Assembly (NCBI RefSeq): GCF_988243305.1
Contig: NZ_OZ547136.1
DNA length: 64,000 nt
Reading direction: 5' to 3' (one strand)
The first letter of the stretch is position 1, and each line of letters opens with the position of its first letter. Shown piece by piece: positions 27,130-38,619 of the stretch. The notes beneath the pieces were generated by a model, which saw nothing but the letters and a program-made list of their open reading frames with translations, did no database searches and was not told the DNA's origin. A program made the translations under genes and the position numbers.

Positions 27130-27873
27130 ATGACACAGACTGAATCAGCGATTCTGGCGCATGCCCGGCGGTGTGCGCCTGCGGAGTCGTGCGGCTTCGT
27201 GATAAGCACGCCGGAGGGGGAGTGGTATATCCCTTGTGTGAATATTTCTGCAGAGCCGGAGGCGTATTTTCGTATCGCACCGGAAGACTGGCTGCGGGCA
27301 GAGATGCAGGGGGAGATTGTGGCACTGGTCCACAGTCATCCCGGTGGGCTGCCCTGGCTGAGCGAGGCTGACCGGCGGCTGCAGATAAAAAGCGCACTGC
27401 CCTGGTGGCTGGTCTGCCGGGGTGACATTCACAAATTCCGCTGTGTGCCACATCTGACAGGACGGCGCTTTGAGCACGGGGTGACGGACTGTTACACGCT
27501 GTTCCGGGATGCTTATCATCTGGCGGGGACTGAAATGCCGGATTTTCATCGCGAGGATGACTGGTGGCGCAACGGTCAGAACCTTTACCTGGACAATATG
27601 GCGGTCACCGGCTTTTACCGGGTGCCCCTGTCCTCTGCACAGGCGGGCGATATTCTGCTGTGCTGCTTTGGTGCTTCGGTACCGAACCATGCCGCCATTT
27701 ACTGCGGCAACGGTGAGCTGCTTCACCATCTGCCTGAACAACTGAGTAAACGGGAGAGGTATTCCGAAAAATGGCAACGACGAACGCATTCTGTCTGGCG
27801 TCACCGCCACTGGCACGCATCTGCCTTCACGGGGATTTACAACGATTTGGCCGCCGCCTCAGCCTGTATGTGA
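27130..27873 (+). CDS. Tail assembly protein K (JAB/MPN plus NlpC/P60-like domains)
   Basis: HSHPGG JAMM-like motif and Cys/His peptidase-like C-terminus; start chosen at the ATG with the best context. Confidence 0.75.
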   Translation: MTQTESAILAHARRCAPAESCGFVISTPEGEWYIPCVNISAEPEAYFRIAPEDWLRAEMQGEIVALVHSHPGGLPWLSEADRRLQIKSALPWWLVCRGDIHKFRCVPHLTGRRFEHGVTDCYTLFRDAYHLAGTEMPDFHREDDWWRNGQNLYLDNMAVTGFYRVPLSSAQAGDILLCCFGASVPNHAAIYCGNGELLHHLPEQLSKRERYSEKWQRRTHSVWRHRHWHASAFTGIYNDLAAASACM

Positions 27874-28451
27874 ACACGGCAGCGGAAGCCATCCGGGCGC
27901 TGTCGTTACAGGTGCCGGGCTTTCGCCGTCAGATGAACGAAGGCTGGTACCAGATACGTATTGCCGGTTATGACACGGCACCGGAGGCGGTGTACGCCCG
28001 TCTTCACGAACAGCTGGGTGAGGGAACGGTCATCCATATTGTGCCGCGACTGGCCGGGGCCGGAAAGGGTGGACTGCAGATTGTGCTGGGGGCGGCAGCC
28101 ATCGTGGGCTCTTTCTTCACTGCCGGGGCATCAATGGCGTTATGGGGTTCAGCCCTGGCAGCCGGTGGTTTTTCTGCCACCACGATGCTGTTTTCACTTG
28201 GAGCCAGCATGATTCTGGGCGGTGTGGCCCAGATGCTGGCCCCGAAGGCAAAAACACCGGATTACCGCGCAACGGATAACGGCAGACAGAACACGTACTT
28301 TTCCTCGCTGGATAACATGATTGCCCAGGGGAACCCGATGCCGGTGCCTTACGGGGAAATGCTGGTTGGCTCCCGCCGTATATCCCAGGACATCAGCACC
28401 CGTGATGAAGGCGGGGGCGGAACGGTCGTGGTTATCGGGCGACAGGGATAA
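27771..28451 (+). CDS. Tail assembly protein I
   Basis: 226 aa; glycine/alanine-rich hydrophobic C-terminal half; overlaps the K 3' end as in lambda. Confidence 0.7.
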   Translation: MATTNAFCLASPPLARICLHGDLQRFGRRLSLYVNTAAEAIRALSLQVPGFRRQMNEGWYQIRIAGYDTAPEAVYARLHEQLGEGTVIHIVPRLAGAGKGGLQIVLGAAAIVGSFFTAGASMALWGSALAAGGFSATTMLFSLGASMILGGVAQMLAPKAKTPDYRATDNGRQNTYFSSLDNMIAQGNPMPVPYGEMLVGSRRISQDISTRDEGGGGTVVVIGRQG

Positions 28452-28793
28452 AACATAAAAAAATCCCGCAGTGATCGCGGAGCTGCGGGGACAGACAAAT
28501 GAAGATCAATGTTAAGGAGTTGTTTTTGTTACTCGGGCAAAAAAACACTAACGCAGCGAAATTATAAGCGCCACAGTCAGTGTGTGAAAATGTGAAGATA
28601 TTCAGAATTTTTATGCCATTACCGGTTTTAACCAACAGGATTATCGGTGGGCATGAAAGAAAACCCCGGTATCTGCTGATACCGGGGTTTCTCTTTAGCA
28701 TGGCAGAAATGTGTTTCATGCTTTTCGGACGAAGGATATCCGACTTCTGTACGGAATGGCAAGTGGCGGTTAATTTATTCAGGGGAAGGCTGT

Positions 28794-31700
28794 ATGGGAA
28801 AAGGTGGCGGTAAGGCACACACGCCTCGTGAGGCGAAGGATAATCTCAAATCCACGCAGATGATGAGCGTGATTGATGCGATTGGTGAGGGACCGATAGA
28901 TGGCCCGGTGAAAGGCCTGCAGAGTATTCTGGTGAACAAAACCCCGCTGACGGACACGGACGGTAATCCCGTGATACACGGTGTGACCGCGGTCTGGCGT
29001 GCCGGGGAGCAGGAGCAGACACCACCGGAAGGCTTTGAGTCCTCCGGCTCTGAAACTGTACTGGGTGTCGAAGTGACCAGGGCAAAACCGGTAACACGCA
29101 CCATTACGTCAGCGAACATTGACCGCCTGCGGGTGACCTTCGGGGTGCAGTCACTGGTGGAGACCACGTCAAAGGGTGACCGTAATCCGTCCTCTGTCCG
29201 TCTGCTGATTCAGTTACAGCGTAACGGTAACTGGGTGACAGAAAAGGATGTCACCATTAACGGCAAGACCACCTCACAGTTCCTGGCCTCGGTGATTCTG
29301 GATAATCTGCCTCCCCGCCCCTTTAACATCCGGATGGTCAGGGAGACGGCGGACAGCACCACGGACCAGCTGCAGAACAGAACGCTGTGGTCGTCATACA
29401 CCGAAATCATCGATGTGAAACAGTGCTACCCGAACACGGCCATTGTGGGGATGCAGGTGGATGCGGAGCAGTTTGGTGGTCAGCAGATGACGGTGAACTA
29501 CCATATCCGCGGTCGCATCATCCAGGTGCCGTCAAACTATGACCCGGAAAAACGCACGTACAGTGGTATCTGGGACGGCAGTCTGAAACCGGCATACAGC
29601 AACAATCCGGCCTGGTGTCTGTGGGACATGCTGACTCACCCGCGCTACGGCATGGGAAAACGTCTGGGGGCGGCGGATGTGGACAAGTGGGCGCTGTATG
29701 CCATCGGGCAGTACTGCGACCAGATGGTGCCGGATGGCTTCGGGGGCACCGAGCCGCGGATGACCTTCAATGCGTACCTGGCACAACAGCGTAAGGCGTG
29801 GGATGTTCTCAGTGATTTCTGCTCGGCGATGCGCTGTATGCCGGTATGGAACGGCCAGATGCTGACGTTTGTTCAGGACCGCCTGTCGGATGTGGTGTGG
29901 CCGTACACCAACAGCGATGTGGTGGTGGATGATAACGGCGTGGGGTTCCGCTACAGCTTCAGTGCCCTGAAGGACCGGCACGCGGCGGTGGAGGTGAATT
30001 ACACCGACCCGCAGAACGGCTGGCAGACCTCCACGGAACTGGTGGAAGACCCGGAAGCCATACTGCGCTACGGACGCAACCTGCTGAAGATGGACGCGTT
30101 CGGCTGTACCAGCCGCGGTCAGGCCCACCGTGCCGGACTGTGGGTGATAAAGACCGAACTGCTGGAAACGCAGACGGTGGATTTCACGCTCGGGTCTCAG
30201 GGGCTGCGGCACACACCCGGTGACATTATTGAAATCTGTGATAATGACTATGCCGGGACCCTGACCGGCGGACGTGTCCTGTCCATTGATGCTGCCACCC
30301 GCACCCTGACGCTGGACCGTGAGGTTACCCTGCCGGAGACAGGTACATCGGCGGTGAACCTGATTAACGGCAGCGGTAAGCCGGTGAGTGTGGACATCAC
30401 CGCACACCCCGCGCCGGACCGGATACAGGTCAGTACCCTGCCTGATGGTGTGGAGACATACGGGGTGTGGGGACTCTCCCTGCCGTCACTGCGCCGTCGC
30501 CTGTTCCGCTGTGTCTCCATCCGGGAAAACACGGACGGCACCTTTGCCATCACGGCGGTGCAGCACGTACCGGAAAAAGAAGCCATCGTGGATAACGGTG
30601 CCCGCTTTGAGCCGCAGTCAGGTTCCCTGAACAGCGTCATCCCACCGGCAGTGCAGCACCTGACGGTGGAGGTGAGCGCAGCTGACGGCCGGTATCTGGC
30701 GCAGGCGAAATGGGACACGCCGCGGGTGGTGAAGGGTGTGCGCTTCAGTCTGCGCCTGACCAGTGGTAAGGGAACGGATGCCAGACTGGTGACCACCGCC
30801 ATCACCGCAGACACGGAGCACCGTTTCAGCGGCCTGCCGCTCGGGGAATACACCCTGACGGTGCGGGCGATAAACAGCTATGGCCAGCAGGGTGAACCTG
30901 CCACCACCACCTTCCGGATTGCCGCACCGGCAGCACCGTCGCGGATTGAGCTGACGCCGGGCTATTTTCAGATAACCGCAACGCCACATCTTGCCGTTTA
31001 TGACCCGACGGTACAGTTTGAGTTCTGGTTCTCGGAAAAGCGGATTGCGGATATCAGGCAGGTTGAAACCGCAGCCCGCTATCTTGGCTCGGCGCTGTAC
31101 TGGATAGCTGCCAGTATCAATATCAAACCGGGCCATGATTATTATTTTTATATCCGCAGTGTGAATACTGTTGGCAAATCGGCATTCGTGGAGGCTGTCG
31201 GTCGGGCGAGCGATGATGCGGAAGGTTACCTGGATTTTTTCAAAGGAGAAATCGGGAAAACACATCTGGCCCAGGAGCTGTGGACGCAGATTGATAACGG
31301 TCAGCTTGCGCCGGACCTGGCTGAAATCAGGACGTCCATTACGAATGTCAGCAATGAAATCACGCAGACCGTCAATAAAAAACTGGAAAATCAGAGTGCG
31401 GCAATCCAGCAGATACAGAAAGTTCAGGTTGATACAAATAATAACCTGAACAGCATGTGGGCCGTGAAACTGCAGCAGATGCAGGACGGACGCCTTTATA
31501 TTGCGGGTATCGGTGCCGGTATTGAGAATACGCCAGCAGGAATGCAGAGTCAGGTGCTGCTGGCGGCAGACAGGATTGCGATGATTAATCCTGCGAATGG
31601 CAACACAAAGCCGATGTTTGTTGGTCAGGGCGATCAGATATTTATGAATGAAGTGTTCCTGAAATATCTGACGGCTCCCACCATTACCAGCGGCGGTAAT

Positions 31701-32267
31701 CCTCCGGCATTTTCCCTGACACCGGACGGGCGGCTGACGGCGAAAAATGCCGATATCAGCGGTAACGTGAATGCGAACTCCGGGACGCTCAACAACGTCA
31801 CGATTAACGAGAACTGTCGGGTTCTGGGAAAATTGTCCGCGAACCAGATTGAAGGCGATCTCGTTAAAACAGTGGGCAAAGCTTTCCCCCGGGACTCCCG
31901 TGCACCGGAGCGGTGGCCATCAGGGACCATTACCGTCAGGGTTTATGACGATCAGCCGTTTGACCGGCAGATTGTTATTCCGGCGGTGGCATTCAGCGGC
32001 GCTAAACATGAGAAAGAGCATACTGATATTTACTCCTCATGCCGTCTGATAGTGCGGAAAAACGGTGCTGAAATTTATAACCGTACCGCGCTGGATAATA
32101 CGCTGATTTACAGTGGTGTTATTGATATGCCTGCCGGTCACGGTCACATGACACTGGAGTTTTCGGTGTCAGCATGGCTGGTGAATAACTGGTATCCCAC
32201 AGCAAGTATCAGCGATTTGCTGGTTGTGGTGATGAAGAAAGCCACCGCAGGCATCAGTATCAGCTGA
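28794..32267 (+). CDS. Host specificity / central tail fibre protein J
   Basis: 1157 aa; lambda J-like N-terminal and central regions; divergent C-terminus. Confidence 0.9.
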   Translation: MGKGGGKAHTPREAKDNLKSTQMMSVIDAIGEGPIDGPVKGLQSILVNKTPLTDTDGNPVIHGVTAVWRAGEQEQTPPEGFESSGSETVLGVEVTRAKPVTRTITSANIDRLRVTFGVQSLVETTSKGDRNPSSVRLLIQLQRNGNWVTEKDVTINGKTTSQFLASVILDNLPPRPFNIRMVRETADSTTDQLQNRTLWSSYTEIIDVKQCYPNTAIVGMQVDAEQFGGQQMTVNYHIRGRIIQVPSNYDPEKRTYSGIWDGSLKPAYSNNPAWCLWDMLTHPRYGMGKRLGAADVDKWALYAIGQYCDQMVPDGFGGTEPRMTFNAYLAQQRKAWDVLSDFCSAMRCMPVWNGQMLTFVQDRLSDVVWPYTNSDVVVDDNGVGFRYSFSALKDRHAAVEVNYTDPQNGWQTSTELVEDPEAILRYGRNLLKMDAFGCTSRGQAHRAGLWVIKTELLETQTVDFTLGSQGLRHTPGDIIEICDNDYAGTLTGGRVLSIDAATRTLTLDREVTLPETGTSAVNLINGSGKPVSVDITAHPAPDRIQVSTLPDGVETYGVWGLSLPSLRRRLFRCVSIRENTDGTFAITAVQHVPEKEAIVDNGARFEPQSGSLNSVIPPAVQHLTVEVSAADGRYLAQAKWDTPRVVKGVRFSLRLTSGKGTDARLVTTAITADTEHRFSGLPLGEYTLTVRAINSYGQQGEPATTTFRIAAPAAPSRIELTPGYFQITATPHLAVYDPTVQFEFWFSEKRIADIRQVETAARYLGSALYWIAASINIKPGHDYYFYIRSVNTVGKSAFVEAVGRASDDAEGYLDFFKGEIGKTHLAQELWTQIDNGQLAPDLAEIRTSITNVSNEITQTVNKKLENQSAAIQQIQKVQVDTNNNLNSMWAVKLQQMQDGRLYIAGIGAGIENTPAGMQSQVLLAADRIAMINPANGNTKPMFVGQGDQIFMNEVFLKYLTAPTITSGGNPPAFSLTPDGRLTAKNADISGNVNANSGTLNNVTINENCRVLGKLSANQIEGDLVKTVGKAFPRDSRAPERWPSGTITVRVYDDQPFDRQIVIPAVAFSGAKHEKEHTDIYSSCRLIVRKNGAEIYNRTALDNTLIYSGVIDMPAGHGHMTLEFSVSAWLVNNWYPTASISDLLVVVMKKATAGISIS

Positions 32268-32286
32268 ATTTTATAACCCATATACG

Positions 32287-32311
32287 GGCGCCAGAAATGG
32301 CGCCTTTTTTA
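32287..32311 (+). terminator. Rho-independent terminator after J
   Basis: GGCGCCA-GAAA-TGGCGCC followed by TTTTTT. Confidence 0.65.
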
Positions 32312-32334
32312 TTGCAGAAAAGCGAGAGGTAATT

Positions 32335-32934
32335 ATGCGTAAAGTTTGTGCAGCCATTTTGTCCGCAGCCATCTGTCTGTCCGTATCCGGTGCGCCTGCA
32401 TGGGCGTCTGAACATCAGTCCACACTGAGCGCGGGGTATCTTCATGCCCGTACGAACGCTCCCGGCAGCGATAATCTGAACGGGATTAACGTGAAATACC
32501 GTTATGAGTTTACGGACGCGCTGGGGCTGATTACGTCCTTCAGTTATGCCAATGCTGAGGATGAGCAAAAAACGCACTACAGCGATACCCGCTGGCATGA
32601 AGATTCCGTGCGTAACCGCTGGTTCAGCGTGATGGCGGGGCCGTCTGTACGCGTGAATGAATGGTTCAGCGCGTATGCGATGGTGGGTGTGGCTTACAGC
32701 CGTGTGTCGACTTTCTCCGGGGATTATCTCCGCGTAACTGACAACAAGGGGAAAACGCACGACGTGCTGACCGGAAGTGATGACGGTCGCCACAGCAACA
32801 CGTCTCTGGCGTGGGGGGCTGGCGTGCAGTTTAACCCGACCGAATACGTGACCATTGACCTTGCTTATGAAGGTTCCGGTAGTGGCGACTGGCGAACGGA
32901 TGCATTTATTGTTGGTATCGGATACCGTTTCTGA
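32335..32934 (+). CDS. lom: Lom/Ail-family outer membrane beta-barrel protein
   Basis: Signal peptide, alternating beta-strand pattern, C-terminal AFIVGIGYRF; canonical lambda moron position after J. Confidence 0.85.
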   Translation: MRKVCAAILSAAICLSVSGAPAWASEHQSTLSAGYLHARTNAPGSDNLNGINVKYRYEFTDALGLITSFSYANAEDEQKTHYSDTRWHEDSVRNRWFSVMAGPSVRVNEWFSAYAMVGVAYSRVSTFSGDYLRVTDNKGKTHDVLTGSDDGRHSNTSLAWGAGVQFNPTEYVTIDLAYEGSGSGDWRTDAFIVGIGYRF

Positions 32935-33038
32935 CAACAGACGCCGATTTATCTTCTGTAAATATTGTTATGATACGCAGGTTCATCCACCTTATGGGGT
33001 GAACTGCGTTTGAGGAAACGTAAAGTTACACTGTCCTG

Positions 33039-33071
33039 AAGCCCGTGGCGTCACTGCTGCGGGCTTTTTTT
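33039..33071 (+). terminator. Rho-independent terminator after lom
   Basis: AAGCCCG...CGGGCTT stem followed by TTTTTTT. Confidence 0.6.
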
Positions 33072-33085
33072 ATTGGTGGAAAAGT

Positions 33086-36000
33086 ATGACAGTAAAAATT
33101 TCTGGCGTGCTTAAAGATGGCACAGGAAAACCAGTACAGAACTGCACCATTGTGCTGAAGGCCAGACGAACCAGCAGCACGGTGGTGGTGAACACAGTTG
33201 CCTCAGAAAACCCGGATGAAGCCGGGCGTTATACAATGGACGTCGAGTATGGTCAGTACAGCGTCAGTCTGTTGGTGGAGGGATTCCCGCCGTCACACGC
33301 CGGGACCATCACCGTGTATGAAGACTCACAACCGGGTACGCTGAATGATTTTCTCGGTGCCATGACGGAGGATGATGCCCGTCCGGAGGCACTGCGCCGT
33401 TTTGAAGTGATGGTGGAAGAGGTGGCGCGTAACGCGTCCGCAGTGGCACAGAACACGGCAGCCGCGAAGAAGTCAGCCGGCGATGCCAGCACATCAGCCC
33501 GTGAGGCGGCAACCCATGCGACTGATGCTGCAGGCTCAGCACGTGCAGCCAGCACGTCAGCCGGACAGGCCGCGTCGTCGGCTCAGTCAGCGTCTTCCAG
33601 CGCAGGAACGGCATCAATAAAGGCCACTGAAGCCTCAAAAAGTGCTGCTGCTGCAGAGTCATCAAAAAGCGCGGCAGCTACCAGCGCCAGTGCCGCGAAA
33701 ACGTCAGAAACGAATGCCGCAGCATCACAAAAATCGGCAGCCACTTCTGCATCCACAGCGACCACGAAGGCGTCAGAAGCTGCCACCTCGGCACGGGGTG
33801 CGGCGGCCTCAAAAGAGGCAGCGAAATCTTCAGAAACGAATGCATCCTCGAGCGCCAGCAGCGCAGCTTCCTCGGCAACGGCGACAGCAAATTCTGCGAA
33901 GGCGGCAAAAACGTCCGAGACGAACGCTAAGTCTTCTGAGACGGCAGCGGAACAGAGCGCCTCAGCTGCGGCAGGTTCAAAAACAGCGGCTGCATTATCT
34001 GCCAGTGCCGCGTCAACAAGTGCCGGGCAGGCCTCAGCCAGTGCCACCGCTGCCGGAAAGTCGGCAGAAAGTGCCGCCTCGTCTGCTTCAACAGCCACAA
34101 CGAAGGCTGGCGAAGCCACTGAACAGGCCAGTGCAGCAGCGAGGTCTGCTTCCGCAGCGAAGACATCCGAGACGAACGCGAAAGCGTCGGAAACCAGCGC
34201 AGAATCCTCAAAAACGGCTGCCGCATCGTCCGCTAGTTCGGCGGCGTCATCGGCATCATCGGCGTCAGCTTCAAAAGATGAGGCGACCAGACAGGCGTCA
34301 GCAGCGAAGGGCAGCGCCACGACAGCATCCACGAAGGCGACAGAGGCAACTGGCAGTGCGACGGCGGCAGCACAGAGCAAAAGTACGGCGGAATCCGCGG
34401 CAACGCGCGCCGAGACAGCGGCAAAACGGGCAGAGGATATTGCATCCGCCGTGGCGCTTGAGGATGCAAGTACGACGAAAAAGGGGATAGTACAGCTCAG
34501 CAGTGCAACCAACAGCACATCTGAAACGCTTGCCGCGACACCGAAGGCAGTTAAAGCAGCGAATGACAATGCGAATGGCAGGGTACCATCTAACCGAAAA
34601 GTTAACGGGAAAGCACTGACTGCGGATATAACATTAACACCGAAAGATATTGGCACTTTAAATTCAGTAACGATCTCTTTCTCTGGCGGGGCAGGGTGGT
34701 TCAAACTGGCAACGGTTACCATGCCACAAGCGAGTTCCATCGTTTACATCGCATTGATTGGTGGCGCTGGTTACAACGTCGGCTCCCCACAGCAGGCAGG
34801 CATTTCAGAACTGGTTCTACGAGCAGGCAATGGAAAGCCCAAAGGGATTACCGGAGCTTTGTGGAAGCGTACAGCCGTCGGATTAACGAATTTCGCCTGG
34901 ATCAACACATCCGGCGATACATATGATATTTACGTTGAGATTGGCAATTATGCGACGAGTGTAAATATCCATTGGGATTGTACTACAAATGCGTCAGTTT
35001 CTATTTATACCTCGCCAACATATTCAGCGAGTAAGCCTTCCAGCGTTACCGGTGGTGTTGTTTATACGATGTATAGCTCACATCAGAAACCTACACCATC
35101 AGATATTGGAGCGCTGCCAACGACTGGAGGGACTATTTCAGGTCCGTTGTCTGTTACTGATGGGATCACCGGGGCACTGAAGGGGAACGCCGATACCGCG
35201 ACGAAACTTGCGGCAGTCCCAAAAATTAACGGTGTTAAGTTTGATGGCTCGGCGGATATTAACCTCACGCCGGAAAATATTGGTGCATTTGCCCGACGTT
35301 CGACGGGGGCTTATGCGGATTCGGATGGAGCCGTTCCCTGGAATGCCGAATCAGGCGCTTACAATGTCACCCGCTCTGGCGACAGCTATATTCTGGTTAA
35401 CTTCTATACCGGAGTCGGAAGTTGCCGGACCCTGCAGATGAAGGCGCATTACAGAAATCGTGGTCTGTTCTACCGTTCTTCAAGAGACGGTTATGGTTTT
35501 GAGGAAGACTGGGCAGAAGTTTATACCTCGAAAAATCTTCCACCAGAAAGCTACCCAGTCGGCGCACCAATCCCGTGGCCATCAGATACCGTTCCGTCTG
35601 GTTATGCCCTGATGCAGGGGCAGACTTTTGACAAATCTGCTTACCCGAAACTTGCAGCTGCTTATCCGTCAGGCGTGATCCCTGATATGCGTGGCTGGAC
35701 GATTAAGGGCAAACCTGCCAGTGGTCGAGCCGTATTATCTCAGGAACAGGACGGCATTAAATCGCACACCCACAGCGCCAGTGCATCCAGTACGGATTTG
35801 GGGACGAAAACCACGTCGTCGTTTGATTATGGTACTAAGTCTTCAAATGCCACTGGTGACCATAACCACAGCCGAGGCACTATGGAAATTACCGGTACTC
35901 TCGGTTACTTCAGAAGTGATAGCGGTAATTTCTATACAGCAAGTGGAGCATTTACACTGGGTGGCTCTGCGCCAGCCCATGGATTTACGGGCTCTCAATT

Positions 36001-36214
36001 TACTTATGGTGTTCCTGTAAACTTTAACGCTTCCAGAACCTGGTCTGGTGCCACAAGCACTACAGGTAACCATGCGCACTCTGTTCCAATTGGTGCTCAT
36101 GCGCACTCCGTTGCGATTGGTTCACATGGACACACCATCACCGTTAACGCTGCTGGTAACGCGGAAAACACCGTCAAAAACATCGCATTTAACTATATTG
36201 TGAGGCTTGCATAA
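33086..36214 (+). CDS. stf: Side tail fibre protein (Stf-like)
   Basis: 1042 aa; Ala/Ser-rich repeat region with repeated (K)T/SSETNA motif; C-terminal HxH repeats ([23 protein letters not shown]). Confidence 0.85.
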   Translation: MTVKISGVLKDGTGKPVQNCTIVLKARRTSSTVVVNTVASENPDEAGRYTMDVEYGQYSVSLLVEGFPPSHAGTITVYEDSQPGTLNDFLGAMTEDDARPEALRRFEVMVEEVARNASAVAQNTAAAKKSAGDASTSAREAATHATDAAGSARAASTSAGQAASSAQSASSSAGTASIKATEASKSAAAAESSKSAAATSASAAKTSETNAAASQKSAATSASTATTKASEAATSARGAAASKEAAKSSETNASSSASSAASSATATANSAKAAKTSETNAKSSETAAEQSASAAAGSKTAAALSASAASTSAGQASASATAAGKSAESAASSASTATTKAGEATEQASAAARSASAAKTSETNAKASETSAESSKTAAASSASSAASSASSASASKDEATRQASAAKGSATTASTKATEATGSATAAAQSKSTAESAATRAETAAKRAEDIASAVALEDASTTKKGIVQLSSATNSTSETLAATPKAVKAANDNANGRVPSNRKVNGKALTADITLTPKDIGTLNSVTISFSGGAGWFKLATVTMPQASSIVYIALIGGAGYNVGSPQQAGISELVLRAGNGKPKGITGALWKRTAVGLTNFAWINTSGDTYDIYVEIGNYATSVNIHWDCTTNASVSIYTSPTYSASKPSSVTGGVVYTMYSSHQKPTPSDIGALPTTGGTISGPLSVTDGITGALKGNADTATKLAAVPKINGVKFDGSADINLTPENIGAFARRSTGAYADSDGAVPWNAESGAYNVTRSGDSYILVNFYTGVGSCRTLQMKAHYRNRGLFYRSSRDGYGFEEDWAEVYTSKNLPPESYPVGAPIPWPSDTVPSGYALMQGQTFDKSAYPKLAAAYPSGVIPDMRGWTIKGKPASGRAVLSQEQDGIKSHTHSASASSTDLGTKTTSSFDYGTKSSNATGDHNHSRGTMEITGTLGYFRSDSGNFYTASGAFTLGGSAPAHGFTGSQFTYGVPVNFNASRTWSGATSTTGNHAHSVPIGAHAHSVAIGSHGHTITVNAAGNAENTVKNIAFNYIVRLA

Positions 36215-36798
36215 TGGCATTCAGAATGAGTGAACAAGCACGGACCATAAAAATTTATAATCTGCTGGCCGGAACTAATGAATTTATTGGTGAAGGTGAC
36301 GCATATATTCCGCCTCATACAGGTCTGCCAGCAAACAGTACCGATATTGCACCACCAGATATTCCTGCTGGCTTTGTGGCTGTTTTCAACAGTGATGAGT
36401 CATCGTGGCATCTCTTTGAAGACCATCGGGGTAAAACGGTTTATGACGTAGCGTCAGGGGACGAGTTATTTATTTCTGAACTCGGTCCGTTACCGGAAAA
36501 TGTTACCTGGTTATCGCCGGAAGGGGAGTTTCAGAAGTGGAACGGCACAGCCTGGGTGAAGGATACGGAAGCAGAAAAACTGTTCCGGATCCGGGAGGCG
36601 GAAGAAACAAAAAACAACCTGATGCAGGTAGCCAGTGAGCATATTGCGCCGCTTCAGGATGCTGCAGATCTGGAAATTGCAACGGAGGAAGAAACCTCAT
36701 TGCTGGAAGCCTGGAAAAAGTATCGGGTATTGCTGAACCGTGTTGATACATCAACAGCACCTGATATTGAGTGGCCTGCAAATCCTGTCAGGGAGTAA
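36214..36798 (+). CDS. tfa: Tail fibre assembly protein (Tfa)
   Basis: 194 aa; TAATG overlap with stf; Tfa-like sequence. Confidence 0.8.
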   Translation: MAFRMSEQARTIKIYNLLAGTNEFIGEGDAYIPPHTGLPANSTDIAPPDIPAGFVAVFNSDESSWHLFEDHRGKTVYDVASGDELFISELGPLPENVTWLSPEGEFQKWNGTAWVKDTEAEKLFRIREAEETKNNLMQVASEHIAPLQDAADLEIATEEETSLLEAWKKYRVLLNRVDTSTAPDIEWPANPVRE

Positions 36799-36852
36799 TC
36801 ATTGGTATTATGCCGCAGCACGTCTTAAGCAAGAACGTGCTGCGGTTGGATG

Positions 36853-37521
36853 CTATTTTTTCCCTGAAGCGGAAAACATTACTACAGTACCTTGAACCTT
36901 GGTTTTAACATTCTCGAAATGCTCTGAGAGTATATGTGTTAAGCCTTCTTCGGAATCTTTTGTGTTTGAAAAGATGCCTTTCTGATTGTAAATGCGCATC
37001 AGTTTTTGACCGAAGCTATTGTGCACAACTCCATCGCCAAGAATTGTGGCTCCGTATAGAGTTCCATCGTCAGTTAAGGCCTGCGCCGCATTGCGTATTA
37101 CACAGCTTTTTGTAGATATATTTCCAGGCAGGCAGTGAAGAAGGTAAAACATGGAAATGGAATCAAATTGACCATGTAACGCCGCGGGATAAGGTTCAAA
37201 AACATCATGGCTAATTTTATGTTTAATTTTTGATTCCCCAGCCCTTGTAGATGCCGCGTTCAGGCTAGCTTCGTTCAAATCCATTAAAGATATCAGACTA
37301 CTCTCAGGTACGTGAGTAAGGTAAAACCCAGTTCCAACACCAATATCCAGATGGTTGTTACCTACATGTTCCAGAAAGTGTGGAAGAAGGTGTTCCTTTG
37401 TAGGACATCCCCATGCAAGCCGATTTGATACTCCCAAAACCCACCAGTCATAAAGCTTTAGGGTAAGTGGTGTGTAAATTTTAGCCCCATCATCTGTGTT
37501 TTTTTTCATTGATTTCACCAT
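36853..37521 (-). CDS. Class I SAM-dependent methyltransferase (moron)
   Basis: Motif I LDIGVGTGFY, acidic post-I residue, motif FDSISMFYLLHCLP; AT-rich, opposite strand to the tail genes. Confidence 0.7.
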   Translation of the reverse strand: MVKSMKKNTDDGAKIYTPLTLKLYDWWVLGVSNRLAWGCPTKEHLLPHFLEHVGNNHLDIGVGTGFYLTHVPESSLISLMDLNEASLNAASTRAGESKIKHKISHDVFEPYPAALHGQFDSISMFYLLHCLPGNISTKSCVIRNAAQALTDDGTLYGATILGDGVVHNSFGQKLMRIYNQKGIFSNTKDSEEGLTHILSEHFENVKTKVQGTVVMFSASGKK

Positions 37522-37577
37522 GTTATAGTTTTATTTGTGAATTAAATCAATTATGGCGATGAATTACAAGGGGTTAA

Positions 37578-37847
37578 ATGCTGCCGCAGCATAGCGATAT
37601 TGAAATAGCCTGGTATGCTTCGATACAGCAGGAGCCGAATGGCTGGAAGACCGTCACCACACAGTTCTACATCCAGGAATTCAGTGAGTATATTGCGCCA
37701 CTGCAGGATGCTGTAGATCTGGAAATCGCAACGGAGGAAGAAAGATCGTTGCTGGAGGCATGGAATAAATATCGGGTATTGTTGAATCGTGTTGATACAT
37801 CAACTGCACCTGATATTGAGTGGCCTGCAAATCCTGTCAGGGAGTAA
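37578..37847 (+). pseudogene. Tfa C-terminal fragment (duplicated 3' end of tfa)
   Basis: Last about 50 codons and 3' UTR (37692-37896) are about 90% identical to tfa 36643-36847; N-terminus unrelated. Confidence 0.6.
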
Positions 37848-38443
37848 TCATTGGGATTATGCCGCAGACACGTCGTATGCAGGAACGTGCTGCGGTTAGT
37901 TTGTGAGCTTTCGATAGTGGTTGTTATTTTTGCCCTTATTTGTTCCGGAGGCCATGGTTCAATGGTCCGTCTGCCCCCTGTGGTGATGTCAGCAAAATCA
38001 GCCACTGCGCGAACCACAATAGCCCGGGAAGATGCTGAAGATCACCAGGTAAAGCTGTCAGCGCAGAAACTGGAAGAACTGCTCGCATCAATGGTTAAGG
38101 ATGAGGTTGATCGCAATGATGGGATTTATTGACGTCAGCGAGAGCAGAAGGAAGAACTGAATAACCTGAATGATTTACGCTCAATCAGAGCGATGATGAT
38201 TGGCAGTAATTAGCGGTCAATTTCGGTTTTTTTGGCTGTGCGCTCCCCGCCCAGCATTGCGCGTCAATTAGCCCCAAAAAAACGAAAAAGTTACAATCAA
38301 GTAAAAAATTCCTTCTGCAAAACTAAAAAAGATTTCAATAAAATCAGACAGTTAAAAACATAAAAAAAAGTACAAAAAAACATCTCAAAGTCTTGTTTTT
38401 TGCTTCAAATACAATTGGTTATTGTGTTTTTTGAAACCTACCA

Positions 38444-38560
38444 GTGTGGTACATGGATATCGATACCACCGCCAATTATAAGCTGGGCGGTGCACAGCAA
38501 CACGATAGCGTACGCCTCGATCCGTGGGTGTTTATGTTCTCAGCAGGATATCGTTTTTAA
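38444..38560 (+). other. ompW: 3'-terminal fragment of ompW at the prophage right junction (attR region)
   Basis: In-frame translation VWYMDIDTTANYKLGGAQQHDSVRLDPWVFMFSAGYRF* matches the OmpW C-terminus as I recall it; an in-frame stop lies at 38432, so the upstream part of the gene is absent here. Confidence 0.7.
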
Positions 38561-38574
38561 TTCCGCACAAAAAC

Positions 38575-38595
38575 GACCCCGTAATATACGGGGTC
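38575..38595. terminator. Bidirectional terminator hairpin between ompW and yciE
   Basis: GACCCCG-TAATATA-CGGGGTC between convergent genes. Confidence 0.6.
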
Positions 38596-38619
38596 AATAA
38601 GGACATGGTATAAAGGGTA

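Noticed and set aside
28432-28818. 128-aa minus-strand ORF spanning the I-J intergenic region
   Set aside because: Runs through two strong hairpins and overlaps the J start; Cys-rich low-complexity translation; the region is more likely non-coding structured RNA (reported as a finding instead).
29532-32937. Several 200-290-aa minus-strand ORFs inside J and lom
   Set aside because: All antisense to strongly supported CDSs, with Arg/His-rich shadow composition.
33583-34740. 385-aa minus-strand ORF (Ala-rich) and 282-aa plus-strand ORF 33642-34490 (Arg/Pro/Gln-rich) inside stf
   Set aside because: Low-complexity frame shadows of the GC-rich Ala/Ser repeat region of the side tail fibre gene; no start context, extreme composition.
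37851-38132. 93-aa plus-strand ORF between the tfa fragment and attR
   Set aside because: No RBS, no recognisable domain, lies in the A-tract-rich att-arm-like region; kept as uncertain rather than called.
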